A stretch of 64,000 nucleotides of DNA from Trypethelium eluteriae (Eukaryota): positions 124,001-188,000 of the forward strand of contig JAVECL010000001.1 in NCBI GenBank assembly GCA_051942245.1, given 5' to 3'. Position numbers and translations under genes: made by a program. The notes beneath the pieces were generated by a model that worked only from the letters and a program-made list of their open reading frames with translations, was not told the origin of the DNA and did no database searches. The stretch's first letter is position 1. The number at the start of each line of letters is the position of its first letter. Positions 46,879-59,033 of this stretch are shown here, one piece after another.

Positions 46879-49176
46879 ATGAACGATGTCGAGACCGTCA
46901 CCGTCAAGCTCGCCGAGCTTCTCCGGCATCCGGAAGACTTGGATAAGATCGCAGGCCTCAAATCCGAATTCACGCGCAAAAAAGCCGCCGTAGATGATCA
47001 ACTCAAGCTGGGGCTCAAAGAGCAACTAGAAATTACACAGACCGGCATGTCTGCTATCACAGAAGGTCAACGAACTGTCAATCTCATCAAGGAGGAAATG
47101 ATGAAAATTGATAAACTCTGTGCCGAAGCGCAGAATATGATTCGCGACTTTCCACACATCAACATTGTCCAACAGACGCATACGAATTTTGCGAAGGTAG
47201 AAGAGATGAAGGAAAATATCGAATCGTTTGGGGTGCGTCTAGATGAGCTAGAGACGCTGTTGAGGGAGGATGATGCGGATCTGGAGAATCAGCCCAACCT
47301 GTTGCAAATTCATTACGGATTGACACAACTAAGAGATGTCAGAGACTCGGCAATGAGCCAGCTCAATGGTTCTGATGATGCGGATGCCACGCTAGAGCTC
47401 ATCAACAATCTACCCTTAGAAAACGGGGGCACATTGCAGGATCAGTTTACGAGGTTAGATGAGGTGGTAGACTGGTTTGATGAGCATGTGGGTGCTGCAT
47501 GCATCAATCTAATTGCATTGGTTCAGTCCGGTAACAATGGTTTGGTGGTGAGACTGGCGTTGGTAGTTGAAGAGGAGGAGAAGAAGGATAAGAAGGCACA
47601 GGCGTTGCAAGATGCGAAGAAAGAATTCAAGGATCTGGCTTCAAGATTCAAATCAATAGAGAGTGGGCAGCAGGAGTTGAGAGGCTACAAGGAGAAGTTT
47701 CTCAAAGCTATCGAGTTGAATGCACAAAGTCAAATGGATGCGTCGAACGAAGCGTTTGCCGAAGATTCGGATAAACTTGAGAAGAACGTGAGATGGTATT
47801 TCAATGATTTGAACACTGTCAAGCTTGGGATGCAGACCCTCATGCCAAAGAAGTGGAAGATTTTCAAGACTTATGTGAATATCTATCACAAGCTCATGCA
47901 CGACTGGCTGGTTGCCAAAATTGACGATCCTTCATTAACACCCAAAGACATGCTGGCCATTATCAATTGGGGCGACAAATACTACGCGAAGATGCAGAAG
48001 CTTGGAGTCTCAAAAGGAGAGCTGCAACCTGCTCTCATCGATGAAAGGGAGGCCGAATTAGTGCGAGATTACCAGAGGATCATTACGAAGGCAGTCGAAG
48101 AATGGACAGACCGCATGGCTGCAACCGACAGACAAAATTTCTTCAACCGTCTGGATCATCAAGAGGCAATCGACCGAGCAGGCGAATATCGTACCAAGAC
48201 CATGCCAGACATGTGGAATATGCTTCGGGAACAACTCATCGTTGCTGGCAATTCCTCGAGGGAGGATGTAGTGGAGGGGACCGTAGATGCGATGTTTACG
48301 CGTCTCAAAGTCCGTCAGAAGATGTGGCAGCAACTCGTGGATGATGAGGCTGCAAAATACACTAATGCCAAAGATCCTGTGGCCCCTGACGAATCGTTTC
48401 CTGCATTCCAAGACTGGCTCATTGCTCTTGCAAATGACCAAATTGCTTGCATTGATGATGATGAGGCCAGCGGCACCGAATCATTTATCTCCCGCTTCCG
48501 CTTGGAATATAGCGAACTCGTATCACCTGGCTACGCAAGCTCCTCCACTAGCGACCTTGACACACTGCGTAACGGATACGTTGATCTCTCCACACACTGC
48601 CTTTCCGTCTTTGCCAACCTCATCTTCGCTGTCGACTTCCGCAGCACCCTACCCGAATTCTTTACGCCAGCCTGGTACTCCAAGAAAGGCATGGCGCAGC
48701 TCATCAACACCTTCGAAGACTATCTCGAGGAATATGCACCCGCAACCCATCCTTCGTTACGCGACATTCTGGTCGAGGAAATCTCGGATACCCTGCTTCG
48801 AAACTACCTTCAATGTGTTCGCAACCGATCTGCCAAATTCCGCAGGACTGATCCGTTCACCGACAAGATTAAAGACGATGTCATCAGCGTTTTCGACTTC
48901 TTCTCCCGCTACGATGCCGTCTTTCCGGAGATCAAGCAGAAGTGGCGCGTGGTGGATGGATTCGTACGGATGCTAGAATCGGACAAAGCCGCGATACCTT
49001 TGGTATTCGAGGAGTTCAGGCAAGAATACTGGGATGTCCAACTGGGTTGGGTCGAGGCAGTGCTGAGGGCAAGAGATGACTTTGAAAGGGCGATGGTGAG
49101 CGCTGTGAAGGCAAGGGCAGCAGAGATGCCGGTTGAGAGGGGGAGAATGGAGACGATCATGGGGAAAGTTAAGTAG
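46879..49176 (+). CDS. SEC6: Exocyst complex component Sec6
   Basis: LLRHPEDLDKI...RKKAAVDDQLK N-terminus, PKKWKIF, LIALANDQI, EYWDVQLGWVEAVLRARDD; 765-aa helical ORF. Confidence 0.95.
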   Translation: MNDVETVTVKLAELLRHPEDLDKIAGLKSEFTRKKAAVDDQLKLGLKEQLEITQTGMSAITEGQRTVNLIKEEMMKIDKLCAEAQNMIRDFPHINIVQQTHTNFAKVEEMKENIESFGVRLDELETLLREDDADLENQPNLLQIHYGLTQLRDVRDSAMSQLNGSDDADATLELINNLPLENGGTLQDQFTRLDEVVDWFDEHVGAACINLIALVQSGNNGLVVRLALVVEEEEKKDKKAQALQDAKKEFKDLASRFKSIESGQQELRGYKEKFLKAIELNAQSQMDASNEAFAEDSDKLEKNVRWYFNDLNTVKLGMQTLMPKKWKIFKTYVNIYHKLMHDWLVAKIDDPSLTPKDMLAIINWGDKYYAKMQKLGVSKGELQPALIDEREAELVRDYQRIITKAVEEWTDRMAATDRQNFFNRLDHQEAIDRAGEYRTKTMPDMWNMLREQLIVAGNSSREDVVEGTVDAMFTRLKVRQKMWQQLVDDEAAKYTNAKDPVAPDESFPAFQDWLIALANDQIACIDDDEASGTESFISRFRLEYSELVSPGYASSSTSDLDTLRNGYVDLSTHCLSVFANLIFAVDFRSTLPEFFTPAWYSKKGMAQLINTFEDYLEEYAPATHPSLRDILVEEISDTLLRNYLQCVRNRSAKFRRTDPFTDKIKDDVISVFDFFSRYDAVFPEIKQKWRVVDGFVRMLESDKAAIPLVFEEFRQEYWDVQLGWVEAVLRARDDFERAMVSAVKARAAEMPVERGRMETIMGKVK

Positions 49177-49476
49177 ACAGATCAACTGATTTTTGGAATA
49201 GTAAGAAATGGTCAGGCAACATTGATTTCAAGTGACTTTTTTTTTTACCCGATAAAGTTATAGCCAAATAATTCGGCAAAAGGGATTCGGGCCATGCCGA
49301 TTGGAGAGTTCGCTATGAGGGGCGGAGATGACATGTGAAGTTCACCGAGTCACGGACTTGTTCTTGTCCGCATCCTTTTGTTGCTAAAACGAAAACTTGC
49401 TTGGAACAGTCACAGCAGATATTTGAAGCCGATCAAAGCGCTCAGTGCTTGCTGATGTATAGACGTGCTGCCCATT

Positions 49477-51304
49477 ATGGCTGGAGCGTCAAGTCTTGCG
49501 GCAAAAGTGCCGGCGAGCATACGTGACCCTACTCGACGCAGAGAGCTCCTCTTAATCAATATCAACATGTACGATCTCAACGCTTCAACCCCTTTATTTT
49601 TTTCTCGAAAACCGAGATCAATAGCTGACATGTGGCGCCCAGTCTTCGCAACATTATCTTTGCACTTTTCCTCCTTCGCTGGACTCGTAAATTCCTTCTC
49701 CAACTTCGCGGCCATGGTGTCCTTGGTACCCTAATCCTTACCTACAAAGCCACTCGCCGTCACCTTTACGGCGTGTTTCTTCGCCTGCCCGGCGTTCGCT
49801 CCCGCGTCGCCAATGAGGTCGCCTCCAGTGTGGCCAACATCGAGCGCAAGCTTGTCCCATCGGGGCCTGGCGTCACGCGGTACACGTCGCTGCCTGCCGA
49901 GGGTTGGAGCGCCGAGCAGGTGCGGGCGGAGATGATAAAGCTCGTGGAGATGAAACACACGCGGTGGGAAGATGGCTTTGTATCTGGAGCGGTCTATCAT
50001 GGCGGGGACGAGATGACCAAGTTGCAGACGGAGGCTTTTGGGATGTTTACCGTGAGCAATCCCATCCATCCAGACGTCTTTCCAGGGGTACGGAAGATGG
50101 AGGCCGAAGTGGTGAGTATGGTACTGGGTATGTTTAGCGCGCCGGAGGGAAGTGCTGGCGTGAGTACTAGTGGAGGGACGGAAAGCATATTGATGGCATG
50201 TCTAAGTGCGAGGAATAAAGCGCGGAAAGAAAGGAGTGTGACGGAGCCTGAAATGTATGTCTGCTTGCAAATGTGCCTAGTTTTGAAGGGCATCAACTAA
50301 TGAACCACAGGATCATACCGGAGACAGCTCATGCTGCCTTCTTCAAGGCTGGCCAATACTTTTCAATCAAAGTCCACCTGGTTTCCTGTCCTGCCCCCTC
50401 CTATCGTGTCTCACTTCCCGCAGTCTCTCGCCTCATCAACAGTAACACCATTCTCCTCGTCGGCTCCGCCCCCAATTTTCCCCACGGCGTCATTGACGAC
50501 ATCCCAGGCCTCTCTCGTCTCGCACTCCGACACAAGTTGCCACTGCATGTCGACTGCTGCCTCGGCTCCTTTCTCATCCCCCACCTCGCCCGTGCAGGCT
50601 TCGAGTCTGTCGACTGCGACTTTCGAGTGCCGGGTGTTACTAGCATCAGTTGCGATACGCACAAGTACGGGTTTGCTCCGAAAGGGAACAGTGTAATCAT
50701 GTATCGCACCGCGGCCCTACGACGCTATCAGTACTTCGTCTTTCCAGACTGGACGGGTGGTGTGTACGTCAGTCCTTCAATCGCAGGGTCACGGCCTGGT
50801 GCACTGATAGCAGGGGCATGGGCTTCGTTGATGAGCGTTGGAGAGAATGGCTATGTTGAGGCCTGCCATGCCATTGTCGGGGCCGCCAAGGCAATCGAGT
50901 CTGCGATTCGCGAAGACGATGTGCTGTCCGTGGATCTCAAGGTTCTGGGAAAACCGCTCGTGAGCGTGGTGGCCTTTACATCGGACACACTGGAGGTTTA
51001 TGATATTGCGGATGCAATGGGAGAGAGGGGATGGCATTTGAACGCCCTACAAAGCCCCGCGGCGATCCATGTTGCCGTGACAAAGCCAATGGTGCTGAAC
51101 GTTGAGAAGCTGGTGCAAGATCTGAGGGAGGTGGTTGAGGCGCAGCGGGAGAAGGAAAGGGTAATGGTGGCGGAGGGTAAGGGAAAGGCCAAAGGGAAGA
51201 AAGGAGACGCGGCGGCATTATATGGAGTTGCGGGTAGCTTGCCGAATAAGAGTATTGTGGTAGAGTTGGCAAATGGGTTTTTAGATACGCTCTATAAGGC
51301 ATAG
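49477..51304 (+). CDS. DPL1: Sphingosine-1-phosphate lyase (PLP-dependent); exons 49477-49568, 49643-50254, 50311-51304
   Basis: VSGAVYHGG, SNPIHPDVFPGVRKMEAEVV, TSGGTESI, LHVDCCLG and the PLP-lysine motif SCDTHKYG. Confidence 0.95.
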
Positions 51305-51611
51305 GCGAAGTACTGTCGACGGCATAGGTCACGATCATGGGGGCTCAAGGGCGTGGGGGTGCGCAGATGAGCCCGCCATGAGCGCAAAGGCACTGCATAT
51401 TGAACTAATTGTAAATATTCTGTACTCAGTTCAAAATGAAGAAATCAATCAGTCAGTCTGAGGGTAGCAACATAGTGAATGGCGTTGCATTTGACTCGGC
51501 AATGCTAGACGCAGCCTTAGCACGGCAATTTCTTCATCTGACAGCTTCACCAATTTTCAAAGATAAGAGCCGTCTCTGTGCTCATCCTATAAGTAGTATC
51601 ATACATTGTAT

Positions 51612-52195
51612 CTATTGATCTAGACGTGTTGGAAAGGTACCATTGTCTATCAATCAATTAGTTGTGACCTGCTGTTACCCGTTGCAATCAGGAGAATCAC
51701 ATACCACGCTGATCGTCCCATCGCTCCACCCAGGCGCTCGGGCAGAGTGATCGGTATGCAAGGAGAAACTGGACATTCGTCAATTGAGAAGCTATCGCGA
51801 CCAAGGCTCTTCTTCGTACCTGGCGGCATGGAGCAAAATCCTCGCCCTTGGCTAGAATGCACTTGTGGTAATCGACATAATTTTGCCAGCAGTGCTTAGT
51901 TTGGTTTTGGTTGGGAAAACGGGCATCGAAGCCTATCAGTAAGGGATCATCAGTATCAGACTGATAATCTGGGTCGCATTTCCTCTCTAAGGAATTTCCT
52001 CAGGGGTATATAGGCTCTAGCTAAGACTGATGTGGTTTTTCGAGGTCAGGTAGGGAAGAGCTGTAAAGAACGCACCGGCTAGAGATAGATGTCTGTTAGC
52101 ATCGGGATTACTAGGGGAAGCTCATCTTGGAAAAGGTCCTCACCAGTGACAAACTTGAAAGGCTTGGTCTCGAGTTCTTGGTCCTCGTCCGACAT
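51612..52195 (-). CDS. COX12: Cytochrome c oxidase subunit 6B; exons 52195-52144, 52078-52076 (3-nt microexon), 51932-51820, 51768-51705, 51646-51612
   Basis: Spliced product [43 protein letters not shown]...[36 protein letters not shown], with the CX9C-CX10C pattern. Confidence 0.95.
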
Positions 52196-52468
52196 GATGG
52201 TAGCTGAGAGATACGGTCGGGTCACGGTAGAACGAAGAGAGTGGCTTGTGAGGAAGTACAGACGTGAAGTCAAAGTTGAAGTGGTAGAATCATCGAGCTG
52301 CCGCTGCTGGCCACGCTAGTGGCCTAGTGTGTACCTACTTTGTGCAGTTATGCGTTCGACAAGGGCAGAGCTTCGAGTCGGACCCTCTGATGTTTGATTG
52401 AGCGGCTTCTTCAGATCACCTCCATTCCTTGTCACCTCAACGGTCTTTACTCTACTCCTTCAGTCAGA

Positions 52469-52987
52469 ATGTCGGCTATCCGAGCAACCAAAGCTCCCAT
52501 GCAGGCACTCAGGATGCGTGCTACGCCAATTATGCGTGTGCAGCCTTCGAGATTCCTTTCGATGCGGGCAACCGCTCCCTTGAGACGGGCAGTTCCGGTA
52601 TGTCCCACCCAGTCCAAAGCCAATCGAGTATCTTGACTAATAGAAGTGCAGAAAGAAGAGCACAGTGGTTAGTTATGCTTGAACAATGCTGAGCATACTT
52701 GAAAGTAACAACAATAGCCCACACCATCTCCCAACGGCTCCGCACCTTGAAAAAGATCCCTCCTGAATTGATCCCTCTCGGTAGGTGAACGAGCTCCAAA
52801 AACCTGATGATAATTTATTGACAGAGATGCATAGGCGTTGTCCTTGCGTAAGACTGGCCCCATTTATCTACTGAGTCATTGTTCACAATAGTACAGCGCT
52901 GCAATTCTAGCCGCCATCTACTCAATGCTCCGAAAATTCTGGGTGGATAAAACCCTGCGCCTAAGTCGCCAAGGTAATCGTGAATAG
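52469..52987 (+). CDS. NDUFA4/MLRQ (B12D, COXFA4)-like small mitochondrial membrane protein; exons 52469-52597, 52652-52667, 52718-52780, 52835-52847, 52897-52987
   Basis: Arg-rich presequence-like N-terminus, then KEEHSAHTISQRLRTLKKIPPELIPLGVVLAAAILAAIYSMLRKFWVDKTLRLSRQG. The ELIPL-TM-D pattern is characteristic of the family. Confidence 0.8.
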
Positions 52988-53129
52988 ATGAGGAAGATAT
53001 ATGGATGGGATCACGGCGGGTGTCAAATTTCAGTCACTGTGAATACATCAACGATATCCAAATCTGTCTTCCCCAAACACCTCTGACGCCTGTCGCTATT
53101 ATGCAGCATTTACAGAATCAAATGGATGA

Positions 53130-53643
53130 TTAAGCCGGCTTCGGTCCTGCAACATCTAAACCTTCCAGCCCTTGCATCGGGTCTTCGGTCCTCAACTCTG
53201 AGCTTGCATGCGCCTGTTCTGTCACCTGGCGGTCCTCTTCGCTGACGGCATGCTTGGCAAGCCAGCCCTCCTGGGAGATGATCAGTGAATATGGCTCATC
53301 TGAGAAATTCGGAATAACTGACCTGCTCCCAAACTGCGGTCTTGCTTCCTAAGCCCTCGTTCTGTTCCTTTTGTGGCTTGGCTTGTGCAACTTTGATTAC
53401 CCTGCCGTAGAGTTCGCTCTGATCCATATTATCGATGGCTTCCCGCGCATCTTCTGCCTCTTGAAATTCGACGTAGCCAAAGCCTCGATGCGGGTCTGTA
53501 TTTGACGGTAAATCCGGCTTAGGCAACGAGATGTCCACAATCTCTCCAAAGGGCACAAAAGCGGCATGCAGTGTATTGGTGCTCACGGCATTGTCTAAGC
53601 CCCCAACATAGACGGTATTCTTGAGTCGCGAAGCCTCTGACAT
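53130..53643 (-). CDS. RRM protein resembling the N-terminal half of cyclophilin E (CYP33/PPIE); exons 53643-53323, 53270-53130
   Basis: TVYVGGL (RNP2), HRGFGYVEF (RNP1), AIDNMDQSELYGRVIKVAQAKP..EGLGSKTAVWEQEGWL; no cyclophilin domain before the stop. Confidence 0.85.
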
Positions 53644-53948
53644 GTTGGGTATAGTGGAATTTTCCAAGGACTTGCGAACTGAAGGTAAGCGATGGGCTAC
53701 TAGGCGACGCGAAACTGAAACATGAGATTTTGATATCACGTGCGTCGCGGACCAAGAGCAGGCTAGGGTGCCGCACCACTGGACGCTGATCTCTAAGGCC
53801 AAGTGGACGTACGAAGGGAGCCTATTTACATGCACCCGGTGCAATAATTAATTCGGCTGCGCATTTTCGCCTCAGACCGCTAAGCTTTGCTGGCTTCAGT
53901 CCATATGACGACCATATCCTGAGGAATAAACAATTCGAAACATCCAAA

Positions 53949-56900
53949 ATGGTCCGTCTACGAGAGATTCCACGGACTTCAACTTTTGCGTGGTTTCCAG
54001 GCTCGGGACTACCACTTATTGCTACTGGCACAAGAGCTGGTGCAGTGGACGCAGATTTTTCAAGCAAGACAGAGCTCGAGCTATGGGATCTTGGTCTGGA
54101 CAAAAACAGTCAAATCGGGGACTTGGAGCCAGTAGCTAGCATAGGAACGGACTCGAGGTGAGCAAGGCCGACTTCTACAGCCAATTCAGACAGGACGATA
54201 CAGATGCTAACTTTCCGAAGATTTCATGACATAGCGTGGAGTCAACCAAACAGCGACCACGAGCAAGGTATCATTGCAGGGGCTCTTGAGAATGGTTCAC
54301 TTGATCTCTGGGATGCTGAGAAGTTGAGAAATAACTCTAGGTGAGATAAAGCAATAGCTGACTTGCCTCAACTCTGATCTGACTGTCATTAGTGACGCAC
54401 TCATCTCGCGAACATCCAAGCATACCGGGGCAATAAAATGCCTACAGTTCAACCCCTTTCGGCACGAGCTCCTCGCTACTGCTGGAGCAAAAGGCGAAAT
54501 ATACATATCGGATATCAATGACACTGACAAAGGCTTCAGACTGGGCGCAAATGCTGCAAGAGCCGAGGACATCGATTGCTTGGACTGGAATAAAAAGGTC
54601 CCGCACATTATGGCCACCGGCAGTAGTGGGGGTTTTGTCACAGTCTGGGATGTCAAAGGAAAGAAAGAGAGCGTAACACTGAACAACTATGGAAGAAAAT
54701 CTGTCAGCTCGATCGCGTGGGATCCCGACTATCCAACAAAATTAGCGACCGCAATACCAAACGATCAAGATCCCCTAATTTTGATGTGGGATTTACGGAA
54801 TTCCAATGCCCCGGAGAAGATATTGAAGGGGCATGACCAGGGCGTCCTTTCTCTGTCTTGGTGTAAGGAAGACACGGATCTCTTACTGTCTTGTGGCAAA
54901 GATAACAGGACAATTTGCTGGAATTCGCGGACTGGCCAGGCCTTCGGTGAATTCCCAGTCGTTACCAATTGGACATTTGAGACAAGATGGCATCCTCATC
55001 ATTCGTATCTTCTCGCTACGGCTTCATTCGATGGGAAGATCTCCGTCCAGACGATACAAAATACGAAGCCGGACGCAGCTGCAACGACGAACGAGCAGGC
55101 GCTGGACGGTGAAGACTTCTTTGCAAACGCACCAAAACAACCCCAAGGGGCTTCCTTCAGCCTACCGAAGCCTCCGAAGTGGCTCCAACCCCCAGCAGGC
55201 GTCTCCTTTGGCTTTGGTGGCAAGGTGTTAAAATTCGGACCCGTCGAAGAGGGATCAAGAAAGTCAAAGCTCAGCATCGATACTGTGGCTATCGATTCGG
55301 CTATTGGTGATGCAACGGAGAAGTTCGAGAAATCACTGAACACTGAGCGACTAGATGACCTGTGCGAAGCAAAGATTGCCAGCGCCAAGAATAATGAAGA
55401 AAAGGCTGATTGGAGGGTTATTGAGACTCTGATTTCAGGAAATTCCAGGAAGAAGCTTGTCGAGTATCTAGGGTTCGAGAAGTCTGGCGACGGACTCTCC
55501 GAAAGGGCGGATGCGGATAGGAAAGATGGCGACCCTCAGGTAAATGGAACTACTCCAGCAAAGGATGACGGCGGGTCTGCATTCTTTGACAATGCTGATA
55601 ATGCTGACGGTGATAACTTTTTGGCCGACTTGGCCGCTTCTAAAGGAGCCAAGACTAACAGCCCATTCCAAATCTACACAGGCTCGGAATCTGACGCCGA
55701 CAAGAAAATTACGCAGGCGCTTATTATGGGTTCTTTCGAGGAAGCTCTGGACACTTGTTTAAAGGAGAATAGGATGTCGGACGCGTTCATGATCGCGATC
55801 TGCGGTGGTCAGAATTGCATTGACAAGGCCCAGGCTGCTTATCTCAAGAAGAAATCTCAAGGACCGAACTATTTGCGGCTACTTGCCTCCATAGTCGGCA
55901 AGAATCTCTGGGATGTAGTTCACAATGCTGACTTGGAGAATTGGAAGGAAGTCATGGCAACTCTCTGTACCTTCGCCGATGAAGCAGAATTTCCGGACCT
56001 CTGCGAGGCTCTCGGCGACCGACTGGAGGAAGGCATAAGTGGAAGCAGAGACCCCAAGAGTCTCAGGAGAGATGCCTCTTTCTGCTTCTTGGCTGGATCC
56101 AAGCTTGAGAAGGTTGTCTCAATCTGGACACAGGAGCTTGAAGAGTCTGAAAAAGCCGATATGGAGGAGACTGACGACGACTCAAGCTTTTCCATCCACG
56201 CCAAAGCACTTCAAGACTTCATCGAAAAGGTGACGATCTTTCGACTGGTCACGAAATACCAGGACCCGGAGCAGAGGAAGACGGCAGACTGGAAATTGGC
56301 TCCGCTCTATGCCAAATACACCGAGTATTCCGATATTGTAGCCGCCCATGGCCAATTGGCCGTCGCCGAAAAGTATTTGGACCTCCTTCCTGATCAGTAC
56401 CCTGCTGCACAAACGGCAAAGGAACGTGTCAAGCAAGCGATAAAAAAGCCAGGAGCTACTCCGCGCCAGACCATTCAAACTGGACGCAACGCTCCTCGCA
56501 GTGCCGCAGTCGCAGCGCCTGGCGTCCAGCCAACCCCGGGCCCTCAGGTGCCTTCAAAGGTTGGAGGACCCTACACTCCGGCGACCTCTACCTCGTCTCC
56601 TGGGAATAACCCCTACGTGCCCCCAAGCACCACTGGATATTCCCAACCCGGCTACTCCCAGCCCGGTTATTCACAGCCACAGATAAACTCTCAATATGGT
56701 ATGCCTCAATCAAACCAATACGGTCACGGCGCACCAGCGGCCCCTGCTGGAATCCCGCCACCACCTCCAGGAACAACTCCAGCTCAAGGGATACCGCCTC
56801 CGCCCAAGGCTGGTACTGCAGCAAATTGGAATGATCTTCCAAGCGATTTTGGGAGCAAGCCTCCTACTCGACGATCCACTCCAGGGGTTGCTCCCACACC

Positions 56901-57961
56901 AATCAACGCCCCTTTTCCTGGTCAGCAGCCTGCAATGATGTCCCCACCCCCTCCGCCTTCTGGTCCACCGTACGGGCAAACCAAATCACCACCACCCCCT
57001 CCAAAAGCCGGTCAGGCTCCTCCAACACCTTCATCTGGTCCTCCGTCCATGATGCAACCACCTCCACGACCATCGTCTTCTGCTGCCAATGTATATGCCC
57101 CACCACAGCTGTCACAGCAACCTCAACAGCCTTCTCAAAGCTTCGCACCCCCCATGCAACCTCCCATTGCTCGTGGGCCATCACCTTACAATCCACCTCC
57201 GTCGAACGCCACTAGCATGCCTCCATCTAATCGCTACGCACCTGCTCCTAGCGCCTCGCCTGCTCAACCGACGTCAGGCATGGTACCTTCACCCCTATCA
57301 AGACCGCCTCCTGCCAACCCTTACGCTCCATCTCAAAGTCCTTATGCTCCTCAACAGCAACAAATCCCTTACGGCCAACCTCCATCTCAACAACCTCCAC
57401 AAGCGCAGCCACCACCCCAAGCACCCCCTCAAGGTCCACCGAGAGCAGGTCCAGGTCCTCCTCCCGCTGGGCCTCCACGGAACACGGCATCCCCCGCTCA
57501 ACCTCCGCAGCCAGTTCAGCAAACACGGTCATCGCCTGCTCCACCTAAACACCGTAAGTTTTGAATACCTTGTCGATGAGGGAAAGATGGATTGTTAATC
57601 AGTCATAGCACCTGGTGACCGCTCTCACATTCCTGCCGCCGCCCAGCCCATCTACCAAATTCTCAATGGCGATATGCAGCGCGTGAAAGCGAAAGCGCCC
57701 TCCTCATATCGCAAAGAGGTGCTCGACACAGAGAAGCGGCTCGGCCTCCTGTTCGATCACCTAAACAATGAAGATTTGCTGAAGGAGGACACCGTGCAGC
57801 AGCTGGTGCAGCTGAGTCGCAGCGTCGAGGGGAGGGATTTTGAAAGTGCGCAGGGCCAGCTGATGGGGTTGATGAAAACCAAGTTGGAGAGCGAAGGTGG
57901 GAATTGGATGGTTGGCGTAAAGAGGCTGATCGCCATGAGTAAGGCCACCCCAGTGGGGTAG
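53949..57961 (+). CDS. SEC31: COPII coat protein Sec31; exons 53949-54157, 54221-54340, 54393-57553, 57609-57961
   Basis: [15 protein letters not shown]...[16 protein letters not shown]40 repeats, [18 protein letters not shown], Pro-rich region with WNDLP, C-terminal GDRSHIP...WMVGVKRLI. Confidence 0.97.
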
Positions 57962-58976
57962 TTAGCGGAGGAATGATGAATTGCCTACAAGGCTAAGACT
58001 GGAGCGGGACAATAAGCTAGGAGCGAAAGGTGGAGTCGACGGTCTGTTAAAAAAAAAGTACGGGTAGGGAGCCGGTTGCTATTTTGATAGATTAGTAACT
58101 TATGGAAAGGAAAATAGAGTTGATTGTCTTGGCCCACTCAGCTTCTGATATCACTGTGTACAACGTACAATGTGGCGAGGGGTGAAGTGGATAGCAAATT
58201 CAACGAGACGCACTGACACAATTGTAATTGAAGAATCGATTAGCAGCGCCTCGCTCACTTCTCTGGGAGTTCCCCATTTACGAAGCCTCTCATTTCGTTA
58301 CAATTCCTGTTGCGCTTGAATCCGACCGTACCGAGCTCCCTTCGATATCATCTCCGCCTAAATACTACATTTATGCTCAATCGACTTCGCGACCTCACTG
58401 CCCGTTCTCGAGGGTCTTCAAATCCATTTCTTTCTCCGTTAAGTTTCTTCGAATTCCTGAAGACTTCTGCAATCTCAATTTCTCGCGACCCGGCACTCGG
58501 TCGTTTACGAATCACGTTTTGTCGTCTAGGTTTTTTTACTTTTGTTCAAGAAGTCTTCGTAATCAAAAGTCAATAGAACAACACTCACATGAAAATCCAC
58601 TTCGGGTAGAATACACGGTGTTTTTCCAGCCGACCGTATCTTTCTTAGTTTCACGACGCTGTAAAGATCTACGCAACAGTCGTGCTTTATCCCTGCACAA
58701 TACCGAAGAACCCGAAGAAGATTCTGAGCTAGGACTATTCACCTTGTCCTTGAAACCCGACATACTCTGCCAACGTTTCGTATTGAATCGCCTAGCATGG
58801 TAAGGCAATTGATTATTTAATAACTTGACATTACGAGTAATAGTCTCCGCCTGCTATTCGAAGAAGAGATAAGAGATGGCCACGCTATGCAAAAATACTC
58901 AGACGAAAAGCAATTCTCCGTAGAACCCATGAAAAAAATCATGTCCAAGCATTCCCACAGTAAGCCTGACTCAGAC

Positions 58977-59012
58977 CCACCCGAGCCAGATCCAGATCCC
59001 GATCCAGATCCA
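58977..59012. repeat. Hexanucleotide-like repeat (GATCCA/GATCCC)
   Basis: ccacccgagccagatccagatcccgatccagatcca, just downstream of the stop of the minus-strand gene. Confidence 0.6.
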
Positions 59013-59033
59013 AGTTTTATGCAACGCCCTAGA

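Noticed and set aside
58228..58808. 191-aa plus-strand ORF or possible degraded minus-strand gene
   Set aside because: The ORF starts at TTG with no in-frame ATG, has no family resemblance, and the minus frames contain multiple stops without a recognisable parent.
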